IMG/VR virus record: IMGVR_UViG_3300023097_000002
Span: 1 to 64,000 of that record
Reading direction: 5' to 3' (one strand)
From: an uncultured virus (IMG/VR IMGVR_UViG_3300023097_000002)
Lineage: Duplodnaviria > Heunggongvirae > Uroviricota > Caudoviricetes
Length of the DNA stretch: 64,000 bases
Shown piece by piece: positions 49,258 to 57,849 of this stretch (its first letter is position 1; the number at the start of each line of letters is the position of its first letter). The position numbers were made by a program, and so were the translations under genes. The notes beneath the pieces are model-generated. The model searched no databases and was not told the DNA's origin. It worked only from the letters and a program-made list of their open reading frames with translations.

Positions 49258-49850
49258 GCGAGGCGACGGAAGGTCTGGGCGGCGTTCTGCTGGAACTGCT
49301 GAAGCGGGTCAGCCCCAAGGCCGCGAAGAAGCTCCCCGAGCAGGATGCCCAGCAGGTGGTCGAGGCTCTGCTGGAGGACGCGGTCGCCCAGCGCTGGATC
49401 ACGGAGCAGATGGCGCAGGTCGGCATCCGGGCCGCCGAGTACCGAAACGGCACCGCGACGATGGACCTGGAGCCCGCCCGCGAGATGGTCGCGATGTGGG
49501 TCGGGGCGTGCCGTGGCCTGATCGGCACTGGGCCGAACTACTCCGAGACGGTTCTCACTGATCGCGTGGACCATCTGGCCAACCGTGGCGACAAGGTGGA
49601 GATGGGCGTGAAGGTGGCCGAGTCCACCGACAAGTACATCATCACGGTGCAGCGCGACGCGTTCGGCACGATGACGCCCCACGAGGCACGCATGAAGGCC
49701 GAAAGGCGGGCCGAGGAGCTGTCGAGCGAGGTGTGGGGCTGGATCATCGCAGTGAACGACGGCGCCGGGTACGACGCCGACGACCTGATCCAGATCATGG
49801 AACGGCTCGGCTTCCCGCCTCCGCCGGACCCGGACGAGGAAAAGGACTGA
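49254..49850 (+). CDS. Hypothetical protein
   Basis: Coupled on both sides; GC3 bias. Confidence 0.65.
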   Translation: MSEATEGLGGVLLELLKRVSPKAAKKLPEQDAQQVVEALLEDAVAQRWITEQMAQVGIRAAEYRNGTATMDLEPAREMVAMWVGACRGLIGTGPNYSETVLTDRVDHLANRGDKVEMGVKVAESTDKYIITVQRDAFGTMTPHEARMKAERRAEELSSEVWGWIIAVNDGAGYDADDLIQIMERLGFPPPPDPDEEKD

Positions 49851-50029
49851 TGGGCGTCCTGGCCCGGCTGATCCTGGGCTGGCGGCACCACAAGACGATC
49901 GTCCTGTTCGGCCTGAACTGGCGGTATTGCAGTCATCGGTCTCACCGATGGAACATGCCATGTTGGAAGTGGATGGCTGTAGACGGTTTCTGCGCCAAAC
50001 ACACGCTCCGCTGCTGGGGCGATCACTGA
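49850..50029 (+). CDS. Small Cys/Trp-rich hypothetical protein
   Basis: TGATG coupling. Confidence 0.4.
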   Translation: MGVLARLILGWRHHKTIVLFGLNWRYCSHRSHRWNMPCWKWMAVDGFCAKHTLRCWGDH

Positions 50030-50049
50030 AAACGGAAAGAGAGAAGAAC

Positions 50050-50745
50050 GTGAATGTTCTGCTGAAAGGTGTCGTGGGCTCCACGGCCTACGGCTTGAAC
50101 CACGAGAATTCCGATGTGGACTACATGGGGGTTTTCGCGGCGCCGACGAGTGAAGTTCTCGGGCTGGACGACGTGAAGGAATCGGTGGTGTCCAAGGACC
50201 CTGACACCACCTTCCACGAGGCGAAGAAGTTCGTCACCCTCTGCCTCAACGGAAACCCCTCGGTCTCTGAGCTGCTGTGGCTGGGTCAGTACGAGCAGAT
50301 GAGCGACCTGGGGGCGATGCTGGTGAACCTGCGTCACTCCTTCCTCTCGAAGGCCCGGGTGCGCGACGCCTACCTTGGGTACGCGACCAGCCAGTTCACC
50401 CGGCTGAAAGATCGAGGCGACGGGTCTTTTTCGGCCGACACGCGCAAGCGCACCGAAAAGCACGCCCGCCACCTGGTTCGACTCGTCGAACAGGGCTTCC
50501 ACCTGTACATCACGGGCGAGCTGGTCGTCGACCTGCGCAGCAACGCGAGCGAGATCAGCCCTGAGCGCGTCTTCGAACTGGGGCAGGCCATTGCCCAGGA
50601 TCCCGCTCGGGGAGAGAAGTACATGCGGCTGGCCGGGGCCCGGTTCGACCAGGCGAAAAGTCCGCTGCCAGAAAAGCCCAGCCGCAAGGTCGTCGAGAGC
50701 TGGCTGATCAAGGTCAGGCGTTCCGACTGGGGGATGAACGGATGA
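50050..50745 (+). CDS. Pol-beta-superfamily nucleotidyltransferase (YcgL/RlaP-like)
   Basis: VVGSTAYGL...SDVDYMGVF, GNP...ELL and KHARHLVRL motifs. Confidence 0.85.
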   Translation: MNVLLKGVVGSTAYGLNHENSDVDYMGVFAAPTSEVLGLDDVKESVVSKDPDTTFHEAKKFVTLCLNGNPSVSELLWLGQYEQMSDLGAMLVNLRHSFLSKARVRDAYLGYATSQFTRLKDRGDGSFSADTRKRTEKHARHLVRLVEQGFHLYITGELVVDLRSNASEISPERVFELGQAIAQDPARGEKYMRLAGARFDQAKSPLPEKPSRKVVESWLIKVRRSDWGMNG

Positions 50746-51086
50746 TCATCCCTTCACGCACCCGCTGGGAGTTCCGGCTTTCCGACGACGGCTACCGGAT
50801 GGCCTTCTGGGATCCGGGCAACGAGCCGTGGTTCATGCCCGTGGCCAACATGCAGGGCAGGTTCTACGGCCCGGTCGAGCTGGACACCATGAAGGACCAC
50901 AACGGCCGGAAGATCGACTGGGTTCGCTTCCTGCCCACGGACCGGGCGGCTCGCGAGGTTCTTCAGGTGGTGGCCGAATGGGCGGAAGGCGAGCCCGCAG
51001 ACAGTGAGGCTGTCGGCCGTCTGGCTTTCCAGCTCGGCCGCAAGGGCTACCGGATCCCGGAGCCCGGAGAGGAGGACGATGAGTGA
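50742..51086 (+). CDS. Hypothetical protein
   Basis: ATGA overlap. Confidence 0.55.
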   Translation: MIIPSRTRWEFRLSDDGYRMAFWDPGNEPWFMPVANMQGRFYGPVELDTMKDHNGRKIDWVRFLPTDRAAREVLQVVAEWAEGEPADSEAVGRLAFQLGRKGYRIPEPGEEDDE

Positions 51087-51330
51087 CGAACGCGTTCGCG
51101 CCCTGGAGATCGGTCTGCGTCAGCTCCGCGTGGCCAGCGCCCTGCTGATCGACGAGTACGAGCGGATGCAGCGCACCGGTCAGTTCGAGAATCCGCAGCT
51201 CGCCGCTGCGGCGCTGCACGAGGTGGATCGGATGGTCACCTTTCTCGCAGTGGCCGGTCTGGACAAGGTCAGGTACGACGGCAGCCACGTGAACGAGCTG
51301 CTGCGCCGTGGCAAGGAGGAAGAATCGTGA
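51079..51330 (+). CDS. Hypothetical protein
   Basis: RBS GGAGG; overlaps neighbours. Confidence 0.55.
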   Translation: MSDERVRALEIGLRQLRVASALLIDEYERMQRTGQFENPQLAAAALHEVDRMVTFLAVAGLDKVRYDGSHVNELLRRGKEEES

Positions 51331-51701
51331 GCGAGGACAAGACGGCCGCCGACGAGGACACGATCAGCGTGCCCCTCCCGGAGGCCGAGCAGGAGACCGA
51401 GCCCGAGCAGGTGAGTGACGCCGAGCGCCTGGAGAAGCTGGCGGTCGATCTCGGTGACGTGCGTTCCGCGATGGAGTCGGTGGGCCGGGCCCTGGCGGTT
51501 CTGTCGACCGAGTTCGAGCGGCTGAGCACGCTCGTGATCGGCGAGGAGGACACCATCATCCACGCCTGCCCGCCCAGCGGTTCCGGGCTGATGCCCTGCT
51601 GCGGCCGGAGCCCGATCGACGTACCGCTCACGGAGCGCATCTCCATGGACGGTACGGCCGTTACGTGTGCCGGGGTCCAGAAGGCTCTCCCGCCAAGCTG
51701 A
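51327..51701 (+). CDS. Hypothetical protein with C-terminal Cys motif
   Basis: HACPP.GSGLMPCCGR.P...VTC. Confidence 0.6.
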   Translation: MSEDKTAADEDTISVPLPEAEQETEPEQVSDAERLEKLAVDLGDVRSAMESVGRALAVLSTEFERLSTLVIGEEDTIIHACPPSGSGLMPCCGRSPIDVPLTERISMDGTAVTCAGVQKALPPS

Positions 51702-51715
51702 AGGAGGTGAGCTGC

Positions 51716-52123
51716 ATGGCCAGTCACCAGACGAACGCGCTCAGGGATTTCTCCGCGTCGCTCGGCTGTGTCGCGGTAAGCGTCCTGTTCGTGGTGGCTG
51801 GCCTGTGGCCGCTCTCCCTCATCTCCTTGTACGTCGCGGCACTCCTTCTGTGGAGCGGATGGCGACAGAAGGCGAAGGCGGAACGCCGCGAGGCGGAGAT
51901 CGAATGGTGGGCCCGAGCGAAGAAGGGGATCGAGCAGGATCCACTGAATCCCTGCTGCCTCCAGTTCGACGACACCGGCCATTTGCACGACGAGACGGTT
52001 TGCACTCGGTACCGATATCGGCGACCCAGGCAGATCACGCGCGAAGAGCGCATTGAGATCGATCGGGAGTGGCAGCAGATCATTTCACGTCTGCACGATC
52101 CCGAATACGGAGAAGAGGCGTGA
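51716..52123 (+). CDS. Membrane protein
   Basis: Two N-terminal TM segments; RBS AAGGAGG. Confidence 0.55.
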   Translation: MASHQTNALRDFSASLGCVAVSVLFVVAGLWPLSLISLYVAALLLWSGWRQKAKAERREAEIEWWARAKKGIEQDPLNPCCLQFDDTGHLHDETVCTRYRYRRPRQITREERIEIDREWQQIISRLHDPEYGEEA

Positions 52124-52755
52124 TGCTGGAAGACCTGAACACGGTGCATGACCTGACGGGGCGGATCGAGAGACTGCGCGCCGGAGAGGACCGCAGCGAA
52201 CCCGCCGAGGGGGTCCGGCTCAGCCCCGGCCAGTGGTGGCACCGCCTCCTGGAGCTGGAGCCGCAGGATCGCCTGACCCGCCTGGAAGAGCTGCTGAAGT
52301 GCGTCGACAAGGGCCTCGCCTGCGAAGCCCACATGCACGAGGAGAACCTGGAAGACCTCCGGCAGCACGCCGTTCTGGTGTCGCACCGGAGCCAGCAGTG
52401 GCAGACGGCCCGGCGGCTGCTCAGCATCTACGTTCAGACGCTCCGTAAGGACGCGGAAGGGGAAACCACCAGGGGCCACGTGGCCGACAAGCTGGAGCTG
52501 TTCCTGACGTCGGGCGAGGAGAAGGTGGACAGCCGGTGCCGCCGGGTTCTCTGCGGTCACACCTGGACGGAGGCGGGCCGGACCTTCGAATGCGCTGAGC
52601 CGGTCGGACCCGACGGCGGTCACTTCGGCGAGCACTACGCGTACGTGCGTGAGGGATCGGCGGCCGATGAAGAGCTGCGGATGCAGTACCTGGAGGAGGA
52701 GAACCGTGAGCTTCGTGCCCGTCTGGGTCTCCCGCCGAACCCCGCCAGGACATGA
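52120..52755 (+). CDS. Hypothetical protein
   Basis: GTGA overlap; GC3 bias. Confidence 0.6.
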   Translation: MMLEDLNTVHDLTGRIERLRAGEDRSEPAEGVRLSPGQWWHRLLELEPQDRLTRLEELLKCVDKGLACEAHMHEENLEDLRQHAVLVSHRSQQWQTARRLLSIYVQTLRKDAEGETTRGHVADKLELFLTSGEEKVDSRCRRVLCGHTWTEAGRTFECAEPVGPDGGHFGEHYAYVREGSAADEELRMQYLEEENRELRARLGLPPNPART

Positions 52756-53008
52756 ACCCGCGCTGGACCGCCTGACCGAGCTGTGGTGGGCGGTGTTCCG
52801 CTGGCCGGAGAGCGAGAGGGAAGCGGCCCGGCGTGACGTCAACCAGCAGCAGCGCGAGAGGGAAGCGCGCGATGGGTGAACACGCCGCACCCCGGACGTA
52901 CGGAGTGCGCTCCGCATGGATGAAGCTGATGCGCTGCTTGCGGTGGCGTACGGCGAAAGAGCTTTCAGAGAGGTGGGGCGGCTGGCGCCGCCCCTGAGAA
53001 GGGAAGAC

Positions 53009-53218
53009 GTGGAGAGCTTTACGGCGCAAGGGCGCTGGAACGAGCAGGGCAAGAAGTGGGTCGTCTCGGTGGACAACCCGCCGCACTTCGGGGCGGCAAC
53101 CGCAGAGGGGCACAGCAGGACCGAGGCGAAGGACGGAATCACCGACCTGCTCGCCATGCTGCTGGGCCACCGCAACTTCAACGTGCAGGTGTCGTTCGAG
53201 GAGGAGCTTCGTGGCTGA
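53009..53218 (+). CDS. HicB-like small protein
   Basis: WVVSV...ATAEGHSRTEAKDGITDLLAMLL resembles the HicB N-terminal fold; GTG after AAGGGAAG. Confidence 0.5.
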   Translation: MESFTAQGRWNEQGKKWVVSVDNPPHFGAATAEGHSRTEAKDGITDLLAMLLGHRNFNVQVSFEEELRG

Positions 53219-53639
53219 CGTCAGAGATCCCGAGAGGGATCAGCCCGCACCCAAGCCGGGCAAGCTGCCGGTCCAGGAGATCATGATCCTGGCGATCCAG
53301 GAGCGCCGCGCCTACGGCAAGAGGAAGTACGGCCGGATCCTGGAGACCGACAATGGCCGCGACGCCCTGAAGGACGCCTGGGAAGAAGCTCTCGACCTGT
53401 TCACGTACCTCACCCAGGCCCGCCTGGAGCGCGGGGATCACATCGAGGGCATGGAGAATCTGGCCGGATCACCTGAGCTGGAGTTCGATCCCGACCAGGG
53501 TCTGGCCGATCAGCGCGTCGCTTCCGAGGCGAGGGCCCTGATCCCGGAGAGCTGCGCCCTGTGCAGGCATGAGCCCCACGTTCCGGGCCGCTGCCGGTTC
53601 CGGCCGCCTGGCCGACTGGCGTGCACCTGCGGACTGTGA
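53211..53639 (+). CDS. Phage protein, possibly all-alpha NTP pyrophosphatase-like
   Basis: ERRAYGKRKYG..L...NGRDALKDAWEEALDL..YL. Confidence 0.55.
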   Translation: MADVRDPERDQPAPKPGKLPVQEIMILAIQERRAYGKRKYGRILETDNGRDALKDAWEEALDLFTYLTQARLERGDHIEGMENLAGSPELEFDPDQGLADQRVASEARALIPESCALCRHEPHVPGRCRFRPPGRLACTCGL

Positions 53640-53644
53640 GCATG

Positions 53645-53683
53645 CCGAAGGCCCGACCTGTAGGAACAAGGCCGGGCCTTCGG
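53645..53683. terminator. Bidirectional terminator
   Basis: CCGAAGGCCCG...CGGGCCTTCGG between convergent genes. Confidence 0.7.
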
Positions 53684-53694
53684 TGTCTTCCGGG

Positions 53695-54510
53695 TCAGGC
53701 GGTGAACGGAACCGTCACGGCCTGGCTGCCGCCACGGGTGGCGTTGTCGTCGTCGGTGACCACGAGGGTGTAGTCGCCCGGCGCCGCGTAGGCGTGGGTG
53801 ACCGGCGTGCCGTCGCCCGGGTTGGCCAGGACGCCGCTGCCGTCACCCGGATCCACGGAGACCGAACCCTCGCCCTTGTTGTCGACGGTGACGGTGACCG
53901 TCATGCGCGAGGCGTCGGTGGTGTCCTCGGTGACGGTGAGCGCCAGCGGGTCGGGCTGCGGGTCCTGCTCCGGCACGGCCGGACCGGCGTTGATCTGGAC
54001 GGTCGCGGTACCGGCGGGCACCACGTCCACGGCCAGGGTCGCCTCCAGCGGCGGCTCGACATCGGTGACGCGCACGGTCAGTACGGTGCTGCCGGGGGCG
54101 CCGGAGATGACCCAGCCCTTCTGGTCGTCGCCCGCGTCGAGCTGGACGGTCGCCACGGTCTCGTCGGCCACCGACCACTCCACGGTGGCGTCGGTCGGGT
54201 AGCCCGCCGCGTCCCGGGTGTCGATCGCGACGCTGAACTTCTCGCCAGTGTTGATCTGCACGGTTTCTCCCTCTTCGGCAGTGTGCTTCGGCCAGGTCAC
54301 GTCGGAGTCTTCGCCGACCGCTGGGCCGACTCTGAGGATGAGCCGGGTTACGCCAACGAGCCAGCCGTAGAAGCGGTTCGCCCTCTCCAGCATCACCTGC
54401 GTCGCCGCGTCGGTGTACTCACCCGGCTCTGGCAGGGTGGTGGCGAAGGTGCCCGCCGCTTCCCGGAGAGCTGCGATCCTGAGATCCCGCGTCTCGTCGG
54501 GTGTTGCCAC
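53695..54510 (-). CDS. Ig-like plus PKD-domain protein, probable virion accessory protein
   Basis: VEWSVADETVATV (Ig-like); DPGDGS...HAYAAPGDYTLVVTD (PKD); downstream of the capsid gene. Confidence 0.7.
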   Translation of the reverse strand: MATPDETRDLRIAALREAAGTFATTLPEPGEYTDAATQVMLERANRFYGWLVGVTRLILRVGPAVGEDSDVTWPKHTAEEGETVQINTGEKFSVAIDTRDAAGYPTDATVEWSVADETVATVQLDAGDDQKGWVISGAPGSTVLTVRVTDVEPPLEATLAVDVVPAGTATVQINAGPAVPEQDPQPDPLALTVTEDTTDASRMTVTVTVDNKGEGSVSVDPGDGSGVLANPGDGTPVTHAYAAPGDYTLVVTDDDNATRGGSQAVTVPFTA

Positions 54511-54583
54511 GGTCACTCCTTGTCTCTCAGGAGGAGCGTACGGCATCTCGGACCAACGGCAGAAAAATGGCCCAGAAAATCCG

Positions 54584-54613
54584 GAAGCCCCCACCTTGCG
54601 GCGGGGGCTCTTC
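54584..54613 (-). terminator. Hairpin terminator
   Basis: GAAGAGCCCCCGCC-GCAA-GGTGGGGGCTTC followed by U-rich runs on the - strand. Confidence 0.6.
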
Positions 54614-54772
54614 GGAAAGGAGAAGAAACGTGGCCGTGACGGAGTCCTGGGGACTCGCACAAGGACGGTTCCTTCTTGGGCGGGGAGGGTGAGTCCTCGC
54701 CACACCCATAAGATACCCGAGGTGGGGGGCTTTACGCCAGTTCCTGCTGGCCTCGTCGTGCAATTGCACGCG

Positions 54773-54808
54773 AAGAGGGCCCCCCAGTCGCACATGGGGG
54801 GCCCTCTT
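54773..54808 (-). terminator. Terminator after the major capsid gene
   Basis: 13-bp stem AAGAGGGCCCCCC/GGGGGGCCCTCTT. Confidence 0.7.
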
Positions 54809-54885
54809 GCTGCCCGGCAGGAACGGGGACCGGGCAGGGGCGGTCGGGATCAATCCCGGGTCACCCGCCGCCCGGCTTCATCGGT

Positions 54886-56199
54886 TCAGGAACCCGAGGG
54901 ACCCGAGACCGAACCGCCGCCGATGGAGGCCATGGACAGCGCCGCCTCTTCGCCCGTACCCAGCGAGACCGCCACCGCCGAGGCGTCGATACCGGCAGCG
55001 CCGATGATCGAGCGGACCCGGTACTGGATGTCGTCGTGGGAGAACGAGCCCTCGAAGGCGTTGATCTCGCCACCGCCGAGCGCACGGCCCGTGTCGCCCA
55101 TCACGCGGACCTCGGGGGTCTCGTGACCGCGCAGGAACGCGGTGACGATGGCCGGGCCGCGCTCCGTCTGGCCACCGGCCGGAACCAGGTACCAGGTCGA
55201 AGCGGCGTTCGCCGAGGTGTCGATGAGCGGCAGCCACGGGGACTCCACGACCGTGAAGCGGCCCGCGACCGGCGAGGAGACGTTCTGGCGCATCTCCGTG
55301 CCGTCGGGAAGCTGGCGCACCCGCAGGTACGTGGTTCCCTGGGCGATCTCCTGCGCCGTGAGCGCGAGAGACGGCGGAACGAGGAGCACGAAGTTCTGCA
55401 CCCGGACCTGGCGGCCGTTGACCTGCCGCATCCCGATGTAGTTGATCGCGTGCTCCAGCGCGTCGAGCGTCAGCGGCGGGTTGCCCGGCACGTAGTTGCC
55501 CGCCGGGGCCTGACCGCCGAAGTCCTCGGTCGTGTTGAAGAAGTCCGCGTTCGGGCCCGTTGCCGTGGCCAGAACACCGGTCGTCAGCACGTCCTCGGTG
55601 TCGCGCGCCCACCGTGCCATCTCGGTGGGGAGCTGCTGGAGAACCCGCAGCTCGTCGTTCATGAACGCTTCCCACGAGAAGGGGAAACGCGCACCGTACT
55701 TGTTGACGAAGTAGTCCGTGCCCTCGGTCGTGAGGTTGAAGGTCGGGTACTCCGTCAGCTCCGGGATGCGCGGCAGGGCCCGGACGTGGCGCTCGGCGCC
55801 GCCGTTGTAGTCGGTCGTCTGCGACTGACCGGCCACGGTGTCCCAGCGGACCATGCGGGCCGGACGGAAGTCCGGAACCGTGGTGCGCACCGAGAAGGTC
55901 GGCCACTGCTGCGGAAGATCCGCATACTGGCCGAGCATGCTCGCCTGCGAGATCGACTGGAACAGCAGCGGGAAGTCGCCACTGGAGACGGCCTCGCGCA
56001 GGCGGCCCATTGCGACCGGGGAGCCGAACTCCGCCTCACGCTTGAGGCGCAGGAACTCGACGGCCTTGTTGAGCTTCAGCAGGCGGGAGTCCGCCGACTC
56101 GCGGATGGCGACCCGACGCTTGTTGTGGGCCTCGGCGATGCGCTCGAACTCGGGGTTCGTGGTCGCCTTGATTCCGTCGAGGAAGGTGATCGCGCTCAT
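54886..56199 (-). CDS. Major capsid protein
   Basis: LREAVSSGDFP, VPDFR, KYGARFPFSWEA..ND and LLVPP.L motifs; position in the head cluster. Confidence 0.9.
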   Translation of the reverse strand: MSAITFLDGIKATTNPEFERIAEAHNKRRVAIRESADSRLLKLNKAVEFLRLKREAEFGSPVAMGRLREAVSSGDFPLLFQSISQASMLGQYADLPQQWPTFSVRTTVPDFRPARMVRWDTVAGQSQTTDYNGGAERHVRALPRIPELTEYPTFNLTTEGTDYFVNKYGARFPFSWEAFMNDELRVLQQLPTEMARWARDTEDVLTTGVLATATGPNADFFNTTEDFGGQAPAGNYVPGNPPLTLDALEHAINYIGMRQVNGRQVRVQNFVLLVPPSLALTAQEIAQGTTYLRVRQLPDGTEMRQNVSSPVAGRFTVVESPWLPLIDTSANAASTWYLVPAGGQTERGPAIVTAFLRGHETPEVRVMGDTGRALGGGEINAFEGSFSHDDIQYRVRSIIGAAGIDASAVAVSLGTGEEAALSMASIGGGSVSGPSGS

Positions 56200-56216
56200 G
56201 TCTCAGATTCCTCCTC

Positions 56217-56705
56217 TCAGGAACCGGTGGCCAGCTTGTCGGCCACTGCGTTGGCGTCGCCCGGCGTGGGCTGGACGACTCGGACGATCGGAACTCCGGC
56301 CGTGGTCTGGCCGACGATGACGCCGAACCACCCGTCGGCCTCGGAGTTCGCAACCAGCGTGGCGCGCGTCGAACCGGCGGCGACGTTGATGCCGACCGGC
56401 GTACCCGAACCCATCTCCTCCGCATCCCAGCCGGTGACCGGGAAGGCGAAGGCACCGGTGAGGGCGATGGACGCCCAGCCCGGCTCCAGCGAGTTCGCGG
56501 TGTTGCGCGCGATGGAGACCGTGGTCATGCCGGTCGTGTAGGAAACCGGCTTGCCGCCGACCTCCTGCGCGAAGCCGACGATCGAACCGATCTTGACCGG
56601 GTCCCCGTTGATCGTGGGGTCGTCGTTGACCGCCGGGTCACTTCCCCGGAGCGGCAGCGGAAGGGAGATCCAGTCCGCGTACTTGAAGATCTCGTTCGTG
56701 GCCAT
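56217..56705 (-). CDS. Capsid decoration/cement protein (DUF2190-like)
   Basis: MATN...GDPVKIGSIVG.A...G.F.FPV; between scaffold and capsid genes. Confidence 0.7.
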   Translation of the reverse strand: MATNEIFKYADWISLPLPLRGSDPAVNDDPTINGDPVKIGSIVGFAQEVGGKPVSYTTGMTTVSIARNTANSLEPGWASIALTGAFAFPVTGWDAEEMGSGTPVGINVAAGSTRATLVANSEADGWFGVIVGQTTAGVPIVRVVQPTPGDANAVADKLATGS

Positions 56706-57781
56706 CAGTAGGCACCCCCGCCCAGCAGGCTTCGGATCTCGGCGAGATCGCTGTCGCCCGCAGAGGAGAAGGTCGTCGAGGACTCGGTCAGACCGAGACC
56801 CGACGGCTCGCGGCCCTCGTTGAGTGCGCCGCGCTCGGTCTCCCGGCGGAGCTGCTTCAGGTACTCGCGCTCGTGGGTGATCGACTCGTGCAGGTCCTGG
56901 TCCGGACGGTAGGACTGCGCGATGCGGATCATGGAGGGAAGCGGCAGCTTCGCCTCCAGGAGTTCGGTGAGAACGTCACCGGTCGTCTTGCTCTCCTTGA
57001 GCGCCTTGTCGGCGGTCTCGGCGCGGTCACGCAGGAACGTGATCGCTTCCTGGAGCTTGGCGTTCTCGGCTGCCTGCTTCTCGGACTGGCGGCGCGACTC
57101 CTGGATCTGCGAAGCCATGCGCGCCACGTCGACGGAAAGCTGCTCGACGCGGTCGGAGAGAGTGTCCTTGAGGGCTGCCACCTCGCTGAGGAGGGCGCCC
57201 GTTCCGATGGTGGACGGAATCGCGGTTGCGGCCTGAGTGGCGGCACTCGCGGTCTGCTCGGCCGGAGGGGACTCCGGCGTGGCCGACTCGGTCATGGTGA
57301 CGAGCCTTCCTCCCGCTCCAGCGCGGGTGACGAGGTCAACAGAGAGACCTTGCTGAATGCTGCGCACAATACGCTGCCCAGCGGTCTCCTCGATCTGGCC
57401 TGCTGCACGGATCGAGAGACCGATCACGCTGTGCAGCTCCTTGGCGATCGGCTTGGCCTTCTCCGTGAACTGGATTCGGGAGAAGAGCCCGCGCCCCTCC
57501 GGTGTCTCTTCGAAGGTTGCGTCGTCGAGAAGGTACCCGGCGATTTTCAGGACGCTGCGTTCGGGCAGGTCCATCTCTTCCGACTCGGAAGGATGGTCGA
57601 AGTAGATGTGAGTCCCGGCAGGAAAGGCGCGAGCGCCATCCCGCTTGAGTACTTCGGCGGGGTAGTACCCGCTGGAGCCCTGCACGTCGGCAGCGATGAG
57701 GAGTGCTCGCCAGATGCCCTTCTCCGGCGACTGGGCGTCCTCGGAGAGGATCGCGGTTTCCCGCAGTGTTTCCGTGGACAT
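56705..57781 (-). CDS. Capsid maturation protease/scaffold fusion
   Basis: GSSGYYPAEVL, YFDHP, IGLSI and SVDLVTRAGAGG motifs plus coiled-coil C-terminus. Confidence 0.85.
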   Translation of the reverse strand: MSTETLRETAILSEDAQSPEKGIWRALLIAADVQGSSGYYPAEVLKRDGARAFPAGTHIYFDHPSESEEMDLPERSVLKIAGYLLDDATFEETPEGRGLFSRIQFTEKAKPIAKELHSVIGLSIRAAGQIEETAGQRIVRSIQQGLSVDLVTRAGAGGRLVTMTESATPESPPAEQTASAATQAATAIPSTIGTGALLSEVAALKDTLSDRVEQLSVDVARMASQIQESRRQSEKQAAENAKLQEAITFLRDRAETADKALKESKTTGDVLTELLEAKLPLPSMIRIAQSYRPDQDLHESITHEREYLKQLRRETERGALNEGREPSGLGLTESSTTFSSAGDSDLAEIRSLLGGGAY

Positions 57782-57849
57782 GAGCCCCCTCACTGATCAT
57801 CGACGAGCACAGCGTAATAGCATCCGAGGCCAAAAGTCTCGGCAGGATG

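Noticed and set aside
52649..53000. Short ORFs between 52755 and 53009
   Set aside because: Starts and frames are ambiguous; possibly tiny genes or a frameshifted remnant, so not called
54886..54900. Frameshift fusing the capsid to the Ig/PKD ORF
   Set aside because: About 375 nt with two terminator hairpins intervene, and the downstream gene has its own RBS
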